64,000 nt of DNA from Eledone cirrhosa (Eukaryota). The DNA lies in NCBI GenBank assembly GCA_964016885.1, contig OZ024747.1:73718001-73782000 (forward strand). The letters run 5' to 3'. Every line of letters starts with the position of its first letter. Within the stretch, counting starts at the first letter, position 1. This document shows positions 60,216 to 64,000 of this stretch, one piece after another. The notes beneath the pieces were generated by a model. It saw nothing but the letters and a program-made list of their open reading frames with translations. It was not told where the DNA came from and did no database searches. The translations under genes were made by a program, and so were the position numbers.

Positions 60216-62733
60216 ATAGTATCAGTATCAACAATGGAACCCAGAAAGTAGAGACATGAAAGAAATACTGTGAAGAATTCTATCCGACTTTCTAACAACT
60301 CTGCCAACCTCGGAATTGGTATAAAGTTGGTTACTTTGCAGGATTTGTTGTGCTTCAAATACCACCGCAGTCAATATTACCTTCCATCCCTCTCGATAAA
60401 GTACCAGTCAATAAAATAAAACACCAATCAATTACTGTTTTTTTTTAATGAACTCAGAACCTTACCAAATATTCCTGGCCTTGTGCTTAAACTATTAAAT
60501 CAATGTTTCCTTTCATTTCTACAATTTAATTTAATCTGGACATTTACCATTGGTTATGAATATTGAACATTATCCTGTTAAAATATACTTATATATTTCA
60601 TTTCGAATTATTTTCCCTGGTGTTCCAACATCGCTGCACTTCAAGTACTGGAATAGATAAAATATTAAATGAGAATATATTTAGCAGGAACAAATGGGTT
60701 AACTATATATATAATAGTTTAATAAGTAACATATAACATTGCCTTTCATCTGAAATGCGTAAGGTCACAATCTGTGAAGGCCAGAAGTACTTTCCATACA
60801 GTCCAAAATATAACAACTGTAACTAGATGTGTTATAGCCATGGTTATCCCCCTTTGCTATGTATTCTGTATTACATTGTTGAATTTAGCATATTTTGTTT
60901 AAAACAATGAGGTGAAAACTGAAAGAAATTTGGCTGCTATTTCATGTGGGTCGAGTTTCCTCATATAATTTATTTTCTTTAGTGATGAATGACAATTTAA
61001 TGGGTTCAAAGATGTTTGATGAATATCTCTTGGTGTAAATAATTTACTGCAGCTGATATTAATGTAAGCTATAAACAACTAATGGGAGGTGGGTTCCTGT
61101 ATTTCAATCTGCCATAGATGTTTTATAACAAACCATCTACATTCTGACACTACTCTGTATCTCACATAAATTGATGTTATATGATATGTGTTGAAACTAG
61201 TAATATCATGTTTTATATATATCTAGCTTATGTGCTTTTTGCTAGTAAATGAATGATTCTTTCTGTTATAAGTTACATACTATTTTCTACTATTGAATTT
61301 TAAGAAACAAGATATATACGTTCGGCTATGGAAGATCACTTGAGAGATTCTAACATGAACATCAAAACAACAGCGATAAAAGTTATTATAATTGCTGGGG
61401 TAACTTTGAAATGGTGTGTACTATCCTTAGTTTCAATAAACACATTCCAAATAATATATATATCGTTCCATCCAACAACAGATGTCCAAAGGGTATATAC
61501 AAATATGTATTCAGTTGATAAATATTTGGCACAAGTGGTATTGAATTATGAAACTATTGTAATAGATGTATGTTTGGAGAATTCATGGAAGTTCTGGCGA
61601 ATATTATACAAACACGAAAGCGCAGCAGGTCAAATTTCGTTAACAAGGAATGGGAGAGAGCTGTAGGCAGAAACACAATTATATTACACAGAGGTCATAC
61701 CAATAAGGAAAGCGGAGGAGAAAAAGGAATGTCTGATGTAAAGAAATATACTGTGAATAGGAAAATCTGTGTATATGAAATGCCCTAAGAGAACTGACAG
61801 AACTGACTTCGACATTAAAAGTTCGCTCAATTTGGCAGTGTTAGACACAGTTGATGAGGAATATTTCCATAATATATTTTGGACAATGGCAAGGCAAGAA
61901 GTACAGATGTTTCGTTTACACTCATGAAACTGCATGTTCGAGCCCCGTGCATGGCTTCTACAAAACTTGTCTTTTACCAGACTCTCCGTTTTACCTCACC
62001 ACGTGACTGAAATTGTATTGACTGAGATTGAAATTGTGTCAAAGTTCATATAAAAACTCCATGTAATTTCTAGAATCAATTTTGTCACATTTAGTCACGC
62101 CATTCCGTCTGAGATTTACATTAAGACACATACACTTTAATCTTCTTTACTTTGAAATAATTTATTAATAATCCCTTCATTATATTGTATAGGTATCTCA
62201 TTTGGTCGACTAACTGTAAATGATGGAGATCATGTCTACAGTAGTTCTTATTACAAATACCATCCCCACAAGGGCAGCAAACACCACCACCACTAGAGCC
62301 ATTCCTACAACACCAACTTGTGCCGCTACCACCACCACCGCCGCCAACGCCAACACATCCACAAGTACAATCAACATCATCACCACCACCAACAACAACA
62401 ACCACCATACAACATGGGAGTAACAAGATGTTTACGCTAATGGCTAGGCAAGAATTTCCCTGAAATCAGAAACTGTCAGTTGAAAATGAAAATAAAAATA
62501 GATAACGTAGTTATACTTCTAGATACACTACATAAAGCAAAGACGGGATAGTCATGTCTGGAATAGCTTTTATAATTAGATATTCCGATCAAGGTTGGCC
62601 TGGAGCTAATCAACGACAATCTTAAGATCACCTCCAAGATTATACATGGTTGCTATGGAGCTGCGTTCTATAAACATGATCGTTGTGGAATATCTATATA
62701 ACTGTGTAAATGTAGAGTAGATCAATAGATCAA

Positions 62734-62827
62734 TGTATGTATGTATGTATGTATGTATGTATGTATGTATGTATGTATGTATGTATGTATGTATGTATGT
62801 ATGTATGTATGTATGTATGTATGTATG
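62734..62827. repeat. (ATGT)n microsatellite
   Basis: Direct reading. Confidence 0.95.
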
Positions 62828-63060
62828 TTCTTCTGGTTTTATAATTTCACAAAGTTTTACCAATAGAGAGAGAGTCGGTTTCTAACATAGACACAAGACT
62901 CTCTCATTGGAATTTACACATCAACTAGGTAGATATGTATGTATGTCTGCATGCATGCATGTGTAGATATGGATGTTATTGTATGTGTGGATGTGTATGT
63001 TTTGAGTTGTATGTGTGCATGTGTATATGCTTTGTATCTGTACATGTGTATATGCAGTTA

Positions 63061-64000
63061 TTAGATGCAAAATTTTTGAAATGTTTTACATATTTTTACT
63101 GTTCCATTAATGGATTGTACTTGTAATTTCCTAACTAGTTGTGTTCTTTCTGTTCCTGTGAAGCCTAGCTTCTCAAGATTTGTATTGAGGCAGTTACTAA
63201 CATATCCCAGTGCCCCAATAATCACAGGCATAAATCTGAAGGTGTAATCAGGGTGGAGTATCTGCAGATTTCTCATCAGTTCTGCATAAATGTTCTCCTT
63301 TTCACTAATCTTTGATACTATATTGGCATCTGCTGGGCAGCTAATTTCCACTACTGTGCATGTTTTCTTCTCCCTGTCCCATATCATAATATCTGGTCTG
63401 TTATGCCTGCATTTTATTGGGGTTTTTACTGGAACATTCCACCAGTACTCTTTCATATTATGTACATGGATGTCTTCCACATTGTTGTAGCTTTTAATGT
63501 GTTTGTCATCGGGGCTATCTTTTTTACGAACTGCATTGTACAGTGTTTTGGCCACTACATCATGCCTCATAGCTAGATAGTACCGCGATGACATCTTTGG
63601 GCAGCTGCTGATGACATGCGTGATATCCTCGATGTTAGTTCTGCAGAGTCTGCACTTGTTATCACATCTAGGTGTTTTGCCTGCATCCCTATCTCTTTTG
63701 TGAATCAGGTATTTCGTGCTAATCTCCTGTTCTTCGATTGCAAAAGCGTATCCTTCAAAGTGGGAGCCAATATAGCGGTTGTTGGTCCAAGATAGACTAC
63801 TTTCCTTATCTATATTACTCTCACTCTGGAGCTTCCTGGCAATATATCCATGCATGATTTTTTGCTGATAGGCATGCAGTTTTTCATCCATGGATTCACT
63901 GCGATACTGCTGAGCGACATCCCTGGGTGTGAGTTTTTGATTATCACACAGGGAATATCTCTCAAGGAGTTCCTTCCCAACTCTCATGATCTTATCTGTT
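63061..64000 (-). CDS. C-terminus of non-LTR retrotransposon ORF, R4/Dong-like, with CCHC knuckle and restriction-like endonuclease (continues beyond window)
   Basis: MHG..., EQEI, CRLC-x8-H-x4-C, RHD, NRPDIMIWD..VVEISCP..EKENIY; no stops. Confidence 0.92.
   Translation of the reverse strand, partial: TDKIMRVGKELLERYSLCDNQKLTPRDVAQQYRSESMDEKLHAYQQKIMHGYIARKLQSESNIDKESSLSWTNNRYIGSHFEGYAFAIEEQEISTKYLIHKRDRDAGKTPRCDNKCRLCRTNIEDITHVISSCPKMSSRYYLAMRHDVVAKTLYNAVRKKDSPDDKHIKSYNNVEDIHVHNMKEYWWNVPVKTPIKCRHNRPDIMIWDREKKTCTVVEISCPADANIVSKISEKENIYAELMRNLQILHPDYTFRFMPVIIGALGYVSNCLNTNLEKLGFTGTERTQLVRKLQVQSINGTVKICKTFQKFCI

Noticed and set aside
61770-62090. Possible mariner transposase C-terminal relic
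   Set aside because: Similarity too weak to support by eye
62220-62423. Thr-rich mucin-like ORF
   Set aside because: Degenerate (ACC/AAC)n repeat with no splice or domain support

Overview
AT-rich, microsatellite-dense eukaryotic non-coding DNA. The SINE types and (TA)n/(CA)n load suggest a coleoid cephalopod such as Octopus (inference). I could not support any host protein-coding exon, and most ORFs in the track are microsatellite translations. Recognisable coding sequence is all retroelement-derived: an intact Penelope-like (PLE) GIY-YIG endonuclease ORF with no reverse transcriptase (9610-10701), a frameshifted second PLE endonuclease (6793-7240, minus), an RTE-type RT fragment, and the C-terminus of an R4/Dong-type RLE non-LTR element. 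There are many tRNA-derived Nin-domain SINEs and a 2.2-kb 24/25-bp hairpin minisatellite. The main hidden signal is about 15 type-I hammerhead ribozyme motifs (14 with intact catalytic cores) from at least 7 unrelated sequence families. They lie in small elements inserted into (TA)n tracts, as fold-back (inverted pLTR) structures or as terminally redundant retrozyme-like monomers. Several further families are 5'-truncated and folded back at or near the putative hammerhead stem II. All RNA structures were folded by eye and need computational and biochemical confirmation.
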